Assembly: GCA_004764695.1 (NCBI GenBank)
Contig: SMSO01000035.1
Location: 1,364,001-1,428,000 of the forward strand
Direction: 5' to 3'
From: Schizochytrium sp. TIO01
Taxonomy: Eukaryota; Protista; Bigyra: Labyrinthulomycetes
Length of the DNA stretch: 64,000 nucleotides
Below the pieces are notes generated by a model. It saw nothing but the letters and a program-made list of their open reading frames with translations. It had not been told where the DNA came from and did no database searches. This document shows, one piece after another, positions 1-10,972 of this stretch. The translations under genes and the position numbers were made by a program. Each line of letters begins with the position of its first letter. Position 1 is the first letter of the stretch.

Positions 1-45
1 CAACTGAGCTACAGCGAGCTGTTGAGGTATATTGACTTAGAGTAG
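1..45 (+). CDS. Possible 3' end of an upstream gene
   Basis: Frame 1 reads QLSYSELLRYIDLE* followed by AT-rich UTR-like sequence; too short to confirm. Confidence 0.25.
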   Translation, partial: QLSYSELLRYIDLE

Positions 46-541
46 TATATATATTTTGGGACCATATGGTATCTACTGATACCAATATACTGGATTTAAA
101 TAATGTAGGCACTTATGTCGAATGTAGCCTGGAGTTGCAATGGATTATGGATTGAAATTACAGATGGAGATTAAGATATGAGTTCATTCATTAGTTTGGA
201 GAAATAATATAGTCTTATCCTTGTCGCGACCACAGATTCTATGATATCCGTAAATTTCTGAATATAAAAATCGGCAATGAACTTGATGATGTTGTAGACA
301 GAAAGTTGAAAAATGATTCATTGATTCATACATGCGCAGACATGATGGATGGATGGGTGTGTTACGAGATAAGCCGCAAAATTAGGTTGCTCCCATACTT
401 TTGGGGGGAGGCTTAAGCAAACGACATATTTTGAAGGTCGTGGTGCGGTAGAGTAGTAGTGTTTCGGATAAATCAGCTCCTTATTGCCAGAGGTTGACAG
501 ACGAGCGAAAAAGCATTGTAAAGTGCAGAATGCAAGAAAAA

Positions 542-2251
542 TTAGTAATTTCTTGAACCAAGAGGAGGGCGTGCCCGAGGAGTTGATCCCATGCTCATAC
601 TAGGAGTACCAGGAATTGGTTTCTTGGACGGGGTACGAGTAGGGATGCGAGCACTTCCGGGGAGCACATCTTCCTTACCCTCCTTGCTCTTGTTTTTCTT
701 ACGAAGCTTGTTCTCTTCGAGCTGGCGGGCGTGGTCTTCTTCATTATCGTCCATGGTCTCAATAAACCGCCGACCATTAAGCACAAACGGGCCATGTTCT
801 GCTTCGTACTCAGCGATGGTAATCTTGATTTTCTCTACAGTTCGGGGCAAACCTTGAGTTACGCGGCGGCGTTGTGCCTCTTCCTCGCGAAGAGCATTGC
901 CGCCCTTGCGGCTCAGCAGGCGGCTACTGTCCTGAATGCGAGCTTCGTACTCATCACGCTCCTCGCAAAGCTGCTTGTAGCGCTCAACAGCCTTGAGGAT
1001 CGGGCGGTAAAGTTCAGCCTGCACGTTTAGAACAGCGATCTCCTCTTCATGAGCAATAAGTGTATCTTCGCAAATGGGCGCCATCATGTGTGAGTGGGTA
1101 AAAGCCTCACGTTGCTCGTCGTCGAACTGCATTTCATCCCAAAGCTCCTGAATCTTCATCTGCGCAGTCTGGATGAGCTCACCCATCTTCTCATGCTTAA
1201 GGTGAAGCAACCTCTCAAGCTCAAGTTCACACTGTCGGATGACACCAAGTCCTAGTCCACGGTTGTCCATGAAGAACTTCTGGCGAGTGTCGGTATCGAT
1301 CTCGAGACGTTCCCACAGAGGCTGGATCTGTGAACCAAGCTGCTTGAGGCGTTCTGTGCGAGAGATCTTTTCATCTGTGAGTTCCCGTGCACGCTGGCTG
1401 AGGATCGCGACTGCGTCCATGTCAATACCAAGGCCTTCGCCACCCTCCACGATGGCCTTGTCAATGTCGTCGTTGATGTCGTATTCGAGCTCCTCGAAGA
1501 GCGCGGTGATGTCGCGAATAGTTTCCTGAATAGCAGCGATGCGGCGGGTTTTCTGATGTGTTGCCTCGATGAGACTGGATTCGTACTCGTCCATACCATC
1601 CTGGGTCAGGTAAGCCTCAAGGTCATCCATTCGCTTATTTTCGTGCTCTCCCATCTGCAGACGAATCTCGTGAAGCTTCGTGTGCATCTCCTCAAGCTTT
1701 GCCATTCGCTCGTCACGGATGTTTTGAAAATGTGCGAGGTGACTGCGCAACCAAGTCAACTTGATCATAAGGTTACCCTTGTCCTCGTGCGGAAAGAACT
1801 GGCGCTCCATGCCGAGCACCTGGCTGAGAGCGTCGATCTCCTGCTCAAGAGATGCAGCAGCGCTAATGTACTCGTCACGAAGAAGGACTTCATCAGAGAC
1901 CTTTTGTGTGAACACAGTCTCAACAGCCTCGAGAAGAGAGTTCAATTGAAGGCTACGCTCTTCAGGAGAAAGACCCATTTCGTCCCAGACAGAGTGGAGC
2001 TTCTCTGTGGTCTCCTTGGAGAGTTTCTGCAACTTCTGCAACTCCACAATGGAGATTCCCGTGCGAACTTCCTCGCCAGAGTCCAAGTCGGCCATTTTGA
2101 TGCTGGATGATGATCCGCTGTGAGCACTGGGTGTGAATCTCGGCGCTGCCGGAGGGGTCTGCGGGATTTGTCTATTCGGGGTACCCATGGTGGCGGTCCG
2201 GACTGGAGACGGTCCCATGCCTGATCGTGCCAAATTACCTTCGTCCTGCAT
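542..2251 (-). CDS. PRC1: Microtubule-bundling protein of the PRC1/Ase1/MAP65 family
   Basis: 569-aa helical ORF with repeated 'L..LW.E(M/L)' segments, the family motif 'SSRLLSRKGGNALREEEAQRRRV..GLP' and a basic Pro-rich C-terminal tail. Confidence 0.88.
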   Translation of the reverse strand: MQDEGNLARSGMGPSPVRTATMGTPNRQIPQTPPAAPRFTPSAHSGSSSSIKMADLDSGEEVRTGISIVELQKLQKLSKETTEKLHSVWDEMGLSPEERSLQLNSLLEAVETVFTQKVSDEVLLRDEYISAAASLEQEIDALSQVLGMERQFFPHEDKGNLMIKLTWLRSHLAHFQNIRDERMAKLEEMHTKLHEIRLQMGEHENKRMDDLEAYLTQDGMDEYESSLIEATHQKTRRIAAIQETIRDITALFEELEYDINDDIDKAIVEGGEGLGIDMDAVAILSQRARELTDEKISRTERLKQLGSQIQPLWERLEIDTDTRQKFFMDNRGLGLGVIRQCELELERLLHLKHEKMGELIQTAQMKIQELWDEMQFDDEQREAFTHSHMMAPICEDTLIAHEEEIAVLNVQAELYRPILKAVERYKQLCEERDEYEARIQDSSRLLSRKGGNALREEEAQRRRVTQGLPRTVEKIKITIAEYEAEHGPFVLNGRRFIETMDDNEEDHARQLEENKLRKKNKSKEGKEDVLPGSARIPTRTPSKKPIPGTPSMSMGSTPRARPPLGSRNY

Positions 2252-4121
2252 GGTCTTTTTCTACACCAAGATGCAATCGAACAACTTCTTGAGATGCCTA
2301 CAATATGAAATCACGACTCAAATCTATTACCTCTGATCTTCTGCGCAGATTGAAGCTGCAAGAATTATATTGCTGCTGTCGCTAGAGCTCCTTTTCTCTA
2401 TAACAAGACGATTCCCTCCCAAGGACACGAGCACGCGGACTTGCTCGCTACCTGGGACCGTGCGAGGCAGTAGAAGTCTATCGCCGGCGCCTCACTTGCA
2501 GGAGTAATCCCGAACTGTAGCGCCGCCTTCTTCAAAAGCAGCGTAGCGAGGTCGATGGATGTTCGATGGTGGAATGGTACTGATCGACGGTTTCGTGCTC
2601 GATGTCAGCCCAAGAAACTCTTTCCTTTTCCCGTGTTTCCTTTCTTCTTTTTATTAGGTCTAGGTGTTCTTTTCTCCTTTATCGTCAATATCATGATGGC
2701 CATATAACTATTAGGTAGTTCTAGCATTTTAATTTTATATTTTTAGTTTGGAAGAACTTGAAAACATGATAATACTTGAAATCCCCATACTACCTCCCTC
2801 CAAAATTTAATAAATCAAAAATAGAGATCCTTGTTTTCATTATGATTTTACTTTAGTTTTTTAATTAAATTAAAGAAATCATCATTACAAACTATGCACC
2901 CTCTCTTCTGAAGCCTCCTTTACCTTAGAAGGTATCATAAAATAAGAGAGCCGTATGCCTCGGTTCTCCACATCGTTGATTCAATTTAGTTCAAAGGAGT
3001 AGCTTGTTTGTATGGCAGAAAGAAACGAACACATGCCAGCCTGAGTGAACAACAATAAGGGCAAGTGTATAACAAGTCGGTGTGCTCTAAAAACGAATAA
3101 GGGTGTCTACTAGGGCTTCTACTTCGCATTTCTTATCTCTCGTCTGAACATTTAAAAATACAAAAAACAGAAGAAAAAAAAATAGCACTAAAAAGAAGAA
3201 CATAGGTTTTGGAGTTTCACTTTGTCAATTATCTCTGCGAGAGCCGCGTTTCTCAGACCTCGCTCCACCACATCCTCACCTTAGTTCTTATTCGCCTCAG
3301 GTGCGCTTCTTGATAAGGTCTACCTGAAAGCTGCAAATAACCACATTCGATCCCTTGTAGTCTTCACGATACGGAGCGTGTCACGAAGCTATCAATCAAT
3401 TATTATATGATCGTTTGTTCTTTTTTCGATGTCCTTTGCCCATGAAACCCTCTACGACCACCTAATGCACTGTACTGCCTCTTTTTTTTTCTTTCTTTTC
3501 TTTTCTTTCTTTTCTTTCGTTGCGGTTCTTTTTGTCTTCTTTTCCTTAGTTTGTTGAGGAAATCTGGGTTGCAAAGAGTCCCAGAGATGCTCAAATTTGC
3601 GCGCAGTTCGACGGTGTAGCACCTACTGTGCACTGCAATTCGCTGGCTGCCCAAGCAAATCTGAGCGGGTCGCCACCTTAAAATACCTCTGCTGGCATTG
3701 CTTGCGAGGGTCAGTCATCATCTTCCCCAGCACAGACCAGCAGAGAGGTGGCGTGCTCGGAGCAGGCTTGCCGGAAGCATGTCTCAAAGCAATTAATTAA
3801 TTACCTACCTACTGTAAATTTGGTTTAGTTTTTTAAAAGCGATCATATTGTAATGGTCCGTAGTGCTCTCCTACGAAATAAATGATAGTTTAAAGAGAGG
3901 AAAGAAATAGAAACTCACTCTAGTGCTTGGTAACCAACCTACCTAGGTAAGCAGTGTAAAAGTATGAAACTAATTGATCGGTGACGTAAAGAAGCAGAAG
4001 TAGTCCGGCCCGAGCGAGACTTTTTAAGGTGGATGATCCAACAATATGTGGAGAACGGTCACAATCGAAACGATCAAATTAGCTCTCTGTGTGCATAATA
4101 GACACGCCTTTATTTCTTTGA

Positions 4122-4151
4122 TTTTAGTTTTAGTTTTAGTTTTAGTTTTAG
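4122..4151. repeat. (TTTTAG)5 microsatellite
   Basis: Read directly. Confidence 0.9.
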
Positions 4152-4905
4152 TTTTTTTCAATTCATTTCTTATTTATTTTTAAAATAAAAGAAAATAAAA
4201 GTGAATACACTAGTGACCTTCTAATGGTGTTTATATTTTCTTTATCATGTCGGTTGCAACAGTTTTTAAACGGAAGATTGGGGTTGCGCAACATTCACGT
4301 GTATTTTCTATTTTATTTCCGAAGCATCGTCATAAGGAACAGGCAAATTAGCAAGCCCACAATCCTACTGCCAAGGGAAAAATATAGTCACCTACAATTG
4401 ATCTTGATTGATCTTGTATTAGTTGCTGGTGTTAATAGAAATAATTGCTTGTTTGTTGCCTACTGGTCCACCATCCTCCGGTCACAGACTGCATTCGTTA
4501 TATGGCTTATATGCCAAAAGGCACATTAGTGGGGCACTGGGGTAACTTCTCTCCGGTCACAAGCTGCTAGCTGTACTCCGCAAGATGCGTAAATGTGACA
4601 GAGATATGTTGTCGTAGACAAATTTGGAATCAAACAGATAGAGGAGCACGTATGGATTCTGCCTCGAGATTGGAAGAGATCAATTAAAATCATTGCCTAA
4701 TGTTACATGTGATTATAAAGTAGTATGTGATGGCCATTTTTGCAAGCAAGCGAACAAGACCTGCATATACGCGGTGAAAAGTGTTACTCCATGTTTAAGA
4801 GCTCTTGTGTTCACTGTAAGTTTTAGAATTACTAGCTAGAATCAAGTGGAAATATTTATTTACGATTCATAGGAACGTGTCCATTGCCCACCGAGAAAAA
4901 AATGT

Positions 4906-6042
4906 TTAACGCGTACGCGGGGAGCACTGGCTAATTTCATTACGCAATCCCAATAGCATTGCATTGAATTCTGTATGGTTAACGCTTCCCAGGGAGCTAA
5001 CAAAGGGACGTTGTCTGCGACCAGCGTTGTGTTCTGGGCTATAGCAAAGTGGAGGGTCCTCAATATTTTTTGCTTTGCGTTGCCGTGCACGCTCCATCTT
5101 TGCTTCCCAAGCAAACTTTTCGGCTTGCAATTCTGCAACCTGAGCTCGTAATCGCGCGAGCTCTTCGCGAATAGCACCAGCATCTGGGGACTCTGTATTA
5201 TCTGCTTGTGGCATTTGAGCCATGGCATCTGCATTAGGTTGGCTTTCTATTTCCGAAGGCTCTTCATTAAGATTTGGGAGCGCTTCAGGGGCAAGGTTCG
5301 GAAGTGCTTTGTCAAATGCGAAATCTGTTTGCGTAGACTTTTCCTCTCTTTCGATTGGAGTAGCAGAACTAATTTCTGGATTTTTATGCGCCAATAGATT
5401 AGTATCAACTTTAACAATTGGTTCACGTGGAGGCTGGAGAGCACGTTTCTGTGAAGAGGTCTGGTGTTTGTATTGTTGTGGCCGAGGGACATGTGGCTTA
5501 ACATCTGTTTGGTTTTGGCTGAAAAATTGAATTCTTTGCTTGAACTTTACTTGAGGCTTGAGTTGTCTAGCTTGCTTTTCTTCCGGGTTAATCACTTCGG
5601 GTTTCTTCTCCTCTATTTCTGTCTTTTGGTTCTGATCGTCGTCCTCTTCCTGGACTTTTTGCTCATTGCTTTCTCTTTGTTGTTGCACTGAGGCTTGGGA
5701 TGATACCAAAGATTCCACCGCTTGCCGTGACCTTTCCTGCATCGCTTTAAGTGCTTGTGGAGCTTGTAAGGTTTTTTCCTCCTCGCTGGTCATTGATTGA
5801 ACCGACCACTGATCTTCATCTTGATGGCGGGCCTCTTGAGAACCTGGGTTCTTAGTAGGACTTTCCTTCTCTTGAATAAAATCTGCTAAATCGCTGCTAC
5901 TTGTTTCAAACCATGGAGTCGAGCCCATCATGCGGAAGATCGCTGGCTTGGACTGTTTTCGATGAGCTGGGTTATCCTCATCTGACTTCGGGAATTGTGG
6001 AGGCGGCTCCAACATTGATTTTCGAGGCGGGAGAAAGCTCAT
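4906..6042 (-). CDS. Hypothetical protein, mostly disordered (Q/E/P-rich) with a short C-terminal coiled coil
   Basis: 378-aa ATG-initiated ORF; coiled coil IREELARLRAQVAELQAEK; no recognised domain. Confidence 0.7.
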   Translation of the reverse strand: MSFLPPRKSMLEPPPQFPKSDEDNPAHRKQSKPAIFRMMGSTPWFETSSSDLADFIQEKESPTKNPGSQEARHQDEDQWSVQSMTSEEEKTLQAPQALKAMQERSRQAVESLVSSQASVQQQRESNEQKVQEEDDDQNQKTEIEEKKPEVINPEEKQARQLKPQVKFKQRIQFFSQNQTDVKPHVPRPQQYKHQTSSQKRALQPPREPIVKVDTNLLAHKNPEISSATPIEREEKSTQTDFAFDKALPNLAPEALPNLNEEPSEIESQPNADAMAQMPQADNTESPDAGAIREELARLRAQVAELQAEKFAWEAKMERARQRKAKNIEDPPLCYSPEHNAGRRQRPFVSSLGSVNHTEFNAMLLGLRNEISQCSPRTR

Positions 6043-6598
6043 TGTATCTGAATAACCCTTCCTCAGAAGGCTTTTCCACTACCGAGTGGAGCGAAACTTA
6101 GTTATGCCCCCACGCAGCCCTGGCCGTCTCTCGGGACCAGCACAAAGTCGAAAGAGCAATTGTGTCTCTGCGTATAAGCTCTTCACTAGCTTTTTGCACA
6201 AGCAAAATAACATGTTAACACGTTAGCAGTAGCCATTTGTCCATATCTTATTCCTTTATCGCCTTTCGTTCTCAACTCTGAGAAAAGAGAACTCTAAGTC
6301 ACTGATTGTTTTGCACACACCTTGTATGCTCATGTGAACGGACTATTCTTTTACGGCGCTTTGTTGCGCCGGATATGATATGTCTAGTTTTATCAACGAC
6401 AGAATCGCATATCTCGACTTTTTGGTTGACAAAAAGTGTCTCCTCTGCACAAGCTGTGCTATACACGAGCGCCGTTCCGTGTTTTCTTGCAAGCGTCTGT
6501 GTAGAGTTGGAAGATTTGGGCAGAGTTTGTTATTTAGCCTGAGAAAAGAGCCCATCTACTGACCTGCTGCTCAAAGCAGCTCGACCTAACTACCTAGG

Positions 6599-7141
6599 AT
6601 GTCAAACCATTCTTCGACGGTCAACGTAGCAGTTCTTGCTGGAGCGGCTGGCGCATTGGTTGTGCTTAGTATGCAGGCATTGTTCAGACGGTTTATGAGC
6701 GTTCCGTCATCAGGTTTCCAGGTATGTGCTACTCGGCTAGGACCTGGCCAAGATGTGAAACAAGGAATTTTGGATCTTGCAAAAAAGCATAATCTTCAAG
6801 CTGGTATGGTAATCTGTAGTGTGGGTAGTTGCCAAGGGGCTCATATCCGCCTTGCCAATGCTGACCGAGACCACCCAAATGAAAAACTTCGTCTTGAGGG
6901 TCGATTTGAGATTCTCTCCCTCATTGGAACTGTATCTGCTAATGGAAATCACCACTTGCATGTCTCACTTGGTGATGCAGAGGGCAATGTCATCGGTGGT
7001 CACTTGCTGGGTGACATGCCTGTTTTCACAACAGCAGAAATTGTTCTTGGAGAGTGCGAAAATCTACAATGGTCACGTGCATTTGATAACACAACTGGTT
7101 ACAGTGAGCTGGCAGTGTGCGAACGCAGTGCGCTTTGTTGA
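6599..7141 (+). CDS. PPC domain (DUF296) protein with an N-terminal hydrophobic anchor
   Basis: Motifs RLGPGQDV, GRFEILSLIGTV, HLHVSLGD, VIGGHL and VFTTAEIV; residues ~8-29 hydrophobic, followed by RRF. Confidence 0.9.
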   Translation: MSNHSSTVNVAVLAGAAGALVVLSMQALFRRFMSVPSSGFQVCATRLGPGQDVKQGILDLAKKHNLQAGMVICSVGSCQGAHIRLANADRDHPNEKLRLEGRFEILSLIGTVSANGNHHLHVSLGDAEGNVIGGHLLGDMPVFTTAEIVLGECENLQWSRAFDNTTGYSELAVCERSALC

Positions 7142-7823
7142 TCAAGTTTATTAAAAAAGAAAGTAGGATTCCTAACCAGGAATTATATGCAATACAATAC
7201 TGCTCATGCTCAGTTTCATCTGCTAGATATGTATATAAACTCAATTCGATTTACTTATGAATGCATCCCAAACTACTCAAGCGAATAGTACCCACATATA
7301 AATTTATATTATCTCTTTATAATCTATTTACCAGAGGATAAAAGCCTAGCGCACTATAGATAATATCAGTATACTTTATTGTCTCGATCGCCCGTTCGCA
7401 CGAGTCTTTCGCGTTTTAAATTACTCTTTGACAAGTGTTTCTTGAGAGCGGCGCTATAAATGGGCTTGTTTGAATCGCAAGGTTCTAAGATTGTCCGCCC
7501 ACTTAACACTAGTTAACTGTCGATGAAACGGGTCTTTTTGATTGAAGAGTTTGAAATCAAGAAGAAGGTATTTTCTTCTGGAAACGGAAACAGGCGTGTC
7601 GCATAATTTCTCCACAATGTTGGTACCACAAGAGCAATCACTTTCACGGTGTAAGGAAATTTGTTTTTTTTTTGAAAGAGAAAGAAAAGGAAAGAAAAAA
7701 GAAACACCTTTTTGCATAGTACCCAGATGTGTCTAATAGTATTATGTAATACTAGTACCTAGATTCTTGTTGATTGCAGACTTCACAAGAAGTAGTTCTC
7801 GATGCAACTCGGGGTACCAGAGC

Positions 7824-10604
7824 ATGCGCAGAGAAACACTGACGCTGGTGATCGCTGCGGCGTTACACCTAGTAGGTCTCTTGCTCTTCAACGAGGGTTT
7901 CTTTTTGACTCGCGTTGAGCTACCCAACAAAAGTTCATGCGCTGAGGTACCCATCGCAACCACAAAACTTGCTGACAAGAACGATAAACCCGGCAGCGAC
8001 CATGACAAACTGAAGAAAGAGACGAATCAAAGTAGTAACATTGCACAGTTTGAATGCTGGACACGGCCTCGTTTCAAACGAGCCATTGTGCTGGTAATTG
8101 ACGCCCTTCGATATGATTTCGCTGCTTGGGACTCGACAAGCACAAGTCAGAAACCCTTTGAAAACAAAATGGCTGCAATTCGAGATCTTCTTCTGCAGCG
8201 ACCTTCTCACTCCATGTTAGTGCCCTTCTATGCTGACCCTCCAACCACAACCATGCAAAGGCTCAAGGGTGTCGTGACGGGTGGTCTGCCAACATTCATG
8301 GAGATTAAAGATGATGTCGCAAGCGAAGGGATCGAGATTACTGAAGATAATTTCATTGATCTTCTCATCAACGATGGCAACCGAAATATTACATTCATGG
8401 GTGATGATACGTGGACTGTATTGTTTCCTAGTCAATTTAATAGAGCCTATCCATATCCTTCCTTTAATGTAAAGGACTTGCACACTGTTGACGAAGGAGT
8501 TCTACTTCATTTGTTACCTGAAATGCGCCGCGACGACTGGAGTTTCTTAGTCGGTCATTTTCTTGGAGTTGATCACTGTGGTCACCGTTTTGGTCCTGAT
8601 AACGAGCACATGACGAAGAAGCTTTTGCAGATGAACCAAGCCATCGACGATGTGGTGCATGAAATGGATAAAGGAGGTTATGAAGACACTGTGCTTCTCG
8701 TCTTTGGAGATCATGGCATGACCGAGGATGGAAACCATGGTGGCGCTACTGAGGAGGAGGTCGGCGCTGCACTTTTTATTTATTCACCAAGCCCCATTCT
8801 CCTAGGTGGAAAAGACTCAGACGAGGATGTGGATGGTGCGCTAAAGAAAAACCTCCTTCAAGAGCTTAAACTCCTACATGAGGATGATGAGGAGAATATA
8901 CGTAACACCAAAGAGAAAGTGCCTTGGCAACTTACAAGAAGGTCAAGTGTACAGCAAATTGATCTTGCTCCAACGCTAGGCTTGTTGCTAGGTCTGCCTA
9001 TTCCTTTTGGGAATCTCGGTTCAATTGTTCCTGAGCTCTTTTTTATCGGAGACAATTGGCTAGATCGGTATCGTGCGCTTAATGAAGCTTTGGAGGTCAA
9101 TGTCGGCCAAGTATTACGCTACCTCGGTACGTATCGCGAGCGTGCTGGTAAGCAGCAGGGCATCACAGAGGGATTACTCAACCAATTTCGAGAAGAAACA
9201 CGTAATGCCTTTCGTCATCTTAAAGTGGCTGAGGCTGAAGGTCTTCCTGAAGAAGAACTCTTGACCATTCATCGCGAAACGTATCGTATTGCACATGGAG
9301 TCCTGAAGCAAGCTAGTGCAGAAGGTCGATCGCTTTGGACACAATTTAATTTGACTTACATGTTGACCGGCTTCGGCCTGCTCCTGCTTGGTCTTGTTGT
9401 TTCAATAGTTGGCCTCTATGCGAATCACGGGGATTCTCTACGCTCTATGCCTACCTCTGGTACGTTCGTTTTCATGCTGACGGTAGTGATTCAGATGCTT
9501 TCGAGACTTTCCAACAGCTATATTGTTGCAGAAGCTAAAGTCATTACTTTTCTCACGGCAACCAATATAGTTTACGTCTTTTGGTGCGTATTAAGACAAA
9601 CCCCACTTCCACCAGTTGTCAAAGACCATCAAGAAGAAGACGTCAAACTAAAGAGCCCCCAAAGATTCGGAACTGCTTTTGTATCTTCGTGTGCTGTTCT
9701 TATCTGCGCCAGACTCGGTATTGATCTTGGGGAGGTTCAATGGTGGCGAGGCCAAGAAGCTGTGCTTGGAGATACTCAGATTCCTTTTTTCTGGATTGTT
9801 AGCTTACTCCCTGGACTCGTGATCATGTTTATATCAGCGATCTGGATTGCTCCATGGCTAGGCTTAAAGAGACAAGACACTACGCATCTTCTTGTCCAGT
9901 TACAAGGCATTGGCTGCCTTGCTCATTGGATTTTCCAGAGTACAGGAGTACTCCCTCTTGGTCGTTTGTGGCTTCCCCGCCTCGTTTATATGTGTGGACT
10001 ACCTGGCTTCATTACAGTAGTCTGTGGGGCTCAAGACGATGTGCCTCGTGGTATCTTTCAGCTCATGTTTCCATATCTTTTAGTCGTTGGACCAGTGTCA
10101 ACCTCGGTATGCGTTCTTTTTCTTGTTCATGTCGCAGCATTATGCAAAATACATACCCAGCTAGATTTTGGGGATCTTTCAATTGCATCACTTTGGTCCC
10201 TTGCCTCTATGACTTACTTCTTTGCTACCGGCCATGAATCTTCATTCAACAAATTACACTATGCGTCGCCGTTTGTTGGGTTTGATGAGTATGAATATTT
10301 TCGAGGTGGCTTCATGATGGGTACGAATACATTTGGTATGTATATGATTCTAATTGGTCTTGTGTCGTGTCTAACGAAGTCTCGTCAGACAAGAGCATGC
10401 ATTCTCATGACCCTCGTCACGGTGCAAGCGTGTCGGTCAATCGTTATGACTGGCTTTGTTGCAGCAGAGCGTCGTCATCTTATGGTATGGGCTATTTTTG
10501 CTCCCAAGTACGTCTTCGATGGCGTGACTCTTCTCATTGTTGATGCTTTTGTGGTCTTATATTCTTTTAAGTCGGCAAAATCAGAGGTCGTGAAAGAGCA
10601 TTGA
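7824..10604 (+). CDS. PIGO: GPI ethanolamine phosphate transferase 3 (PIG-O/GPI13)
   Basis: Motifs GFFLTRVEL, VIDALRYDF, ADPPTTTMQRLKG, HFLGVDHCGH, GDHGM and RRHLMVWAIFAPKYVFD; multi-TM C-terminal half; first ATG at 7824. Confidence 0.92.
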   Translation: MRRETLTLVIAAALHLVGLLLFNEGFFLTRVELPNKSSCAEVPIATTKLADKNDKPGSDHDKLKKETNQSSNIAQFECWTRPRFKRAIVLVIDALRYDFAAWDSTSTSQKPFENKMAAIRDLLLQRPSHSMLVPFYADPPTTTMQRLKGVVTGGLPTFMEIKDDVASEGIEITEDNFIDLLINDGNRNITFMGDDTWTVLFPSQFNRAYPYPSFNVKDLHTVDEGVLLHLLPEMRRDDWSFLVGHFLGVDHCGHRFGPDNEHMTKKLLQMNQAIDDVVHEMDKGGYEDTVLLVFGDHGMTEDGNHGGATEEEVGAALFIYSPSPILLGGKDSDEDVDGALKKNLLQELKLLHEDDEENIRNTKEKVPWQLTRRSSVQQIDLAPTLGLLLGLPIPFGNLGSIVPELFFIGDNWLDRYRALNEALEVNVGQVLRYLGTYRERAGKQQGITEGLLNQFREETRNAFRHLKVAEAEGLPEEELLTIHRETYRIAHGVLKQASAEGRSLWTQFNLTYMLTGFGLLLLGLVVSIVGLYANHGDSLRSMPTSGTFVFMLTVVIQMLSRLSNSYIVAEAKVITFLTATNIVYVFWCVLRQTPLPPVVKDHQEEDVKLKSPQRFGTAFVSSCAVLICARLGIDLGEVQWWRGQEAVLGDTQIPFFWIVSLLPGLVIMFISAIWIAPWLGLKRQDTTHLLVQLQGIGCLAHWIFQSTGVLPLGRLWLPRLVYMCGLPGFITVVCGAQDDVPRGIFQLMFPYLLVVGPVSTSVCVLFLVHVAALCKIHTQLDFGDLSIASLWSLASMTYFFATGHESSFNKLHYASPFVGFDEYEYFRGGFMMGTNTFGMYMILIGLVSCLTKSRQTRACILMTLVTVQACRSIVMTGFVAAERRHLMVWAIFAPKYVFDGVTLLIVDAFVVLYSFKSAKSEVVKEH

Positions 10605-10972
10605 GTTGAAACCGCTTTAAAGTTATGAACATATCAAGAATGAGCTCGAGATGTTGGTCCTCAGGAGCGGAACAAGTTCTTATAGTAGTAACAGTAGTGG
10701 AAGAAAAAGCAGTTATGTAGTCATTTTATGCAGTATTGCATTCCAAAAAAACTTAGATGGATATTTGTTTCCATTGGAGATAATTTGCTTCTTATAATTA
10801 AATAATCTCTCACAAATAAAGAAACTTTCGATAACAATTCTTTTCTGTACAACTTATCAAGCTTCCTTGGATAAATAATCATGTAAGATCGAGTGGAATA
10901 TGACTGGCATAGAAAAATTGTTCAACACAGAAAAGGGATACTCGCCTTGGGAAAAGCTTGCAGACTAGCTGT

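Noticed and set aside
591-2127. Short ORFs antisense to or overlapping PRC1, and likewise those within the myosin, ACSBG (e.g. 26872..27714) and KYNU genes
   Set aside because: Shadow ORFs produced by codon bias of the real genes; no motifs
4122-4151. (TTTTAG)5, and TTAGTTAG near 49768, as interstitial telomeric repeats
   Set aside because: Too short and embedded in ordinary A/T-rich spacer; indistinguishable from microsatellites
7767-7823. TTG/GTG-initiated N-terminal extensions in the ORF track (PIG-O, ACSBG copy 1, KYNU, EcKL, myosin)
   Set aside because: Artefacts of prokaryote-style start calling; the first ATG fits the family N-termini
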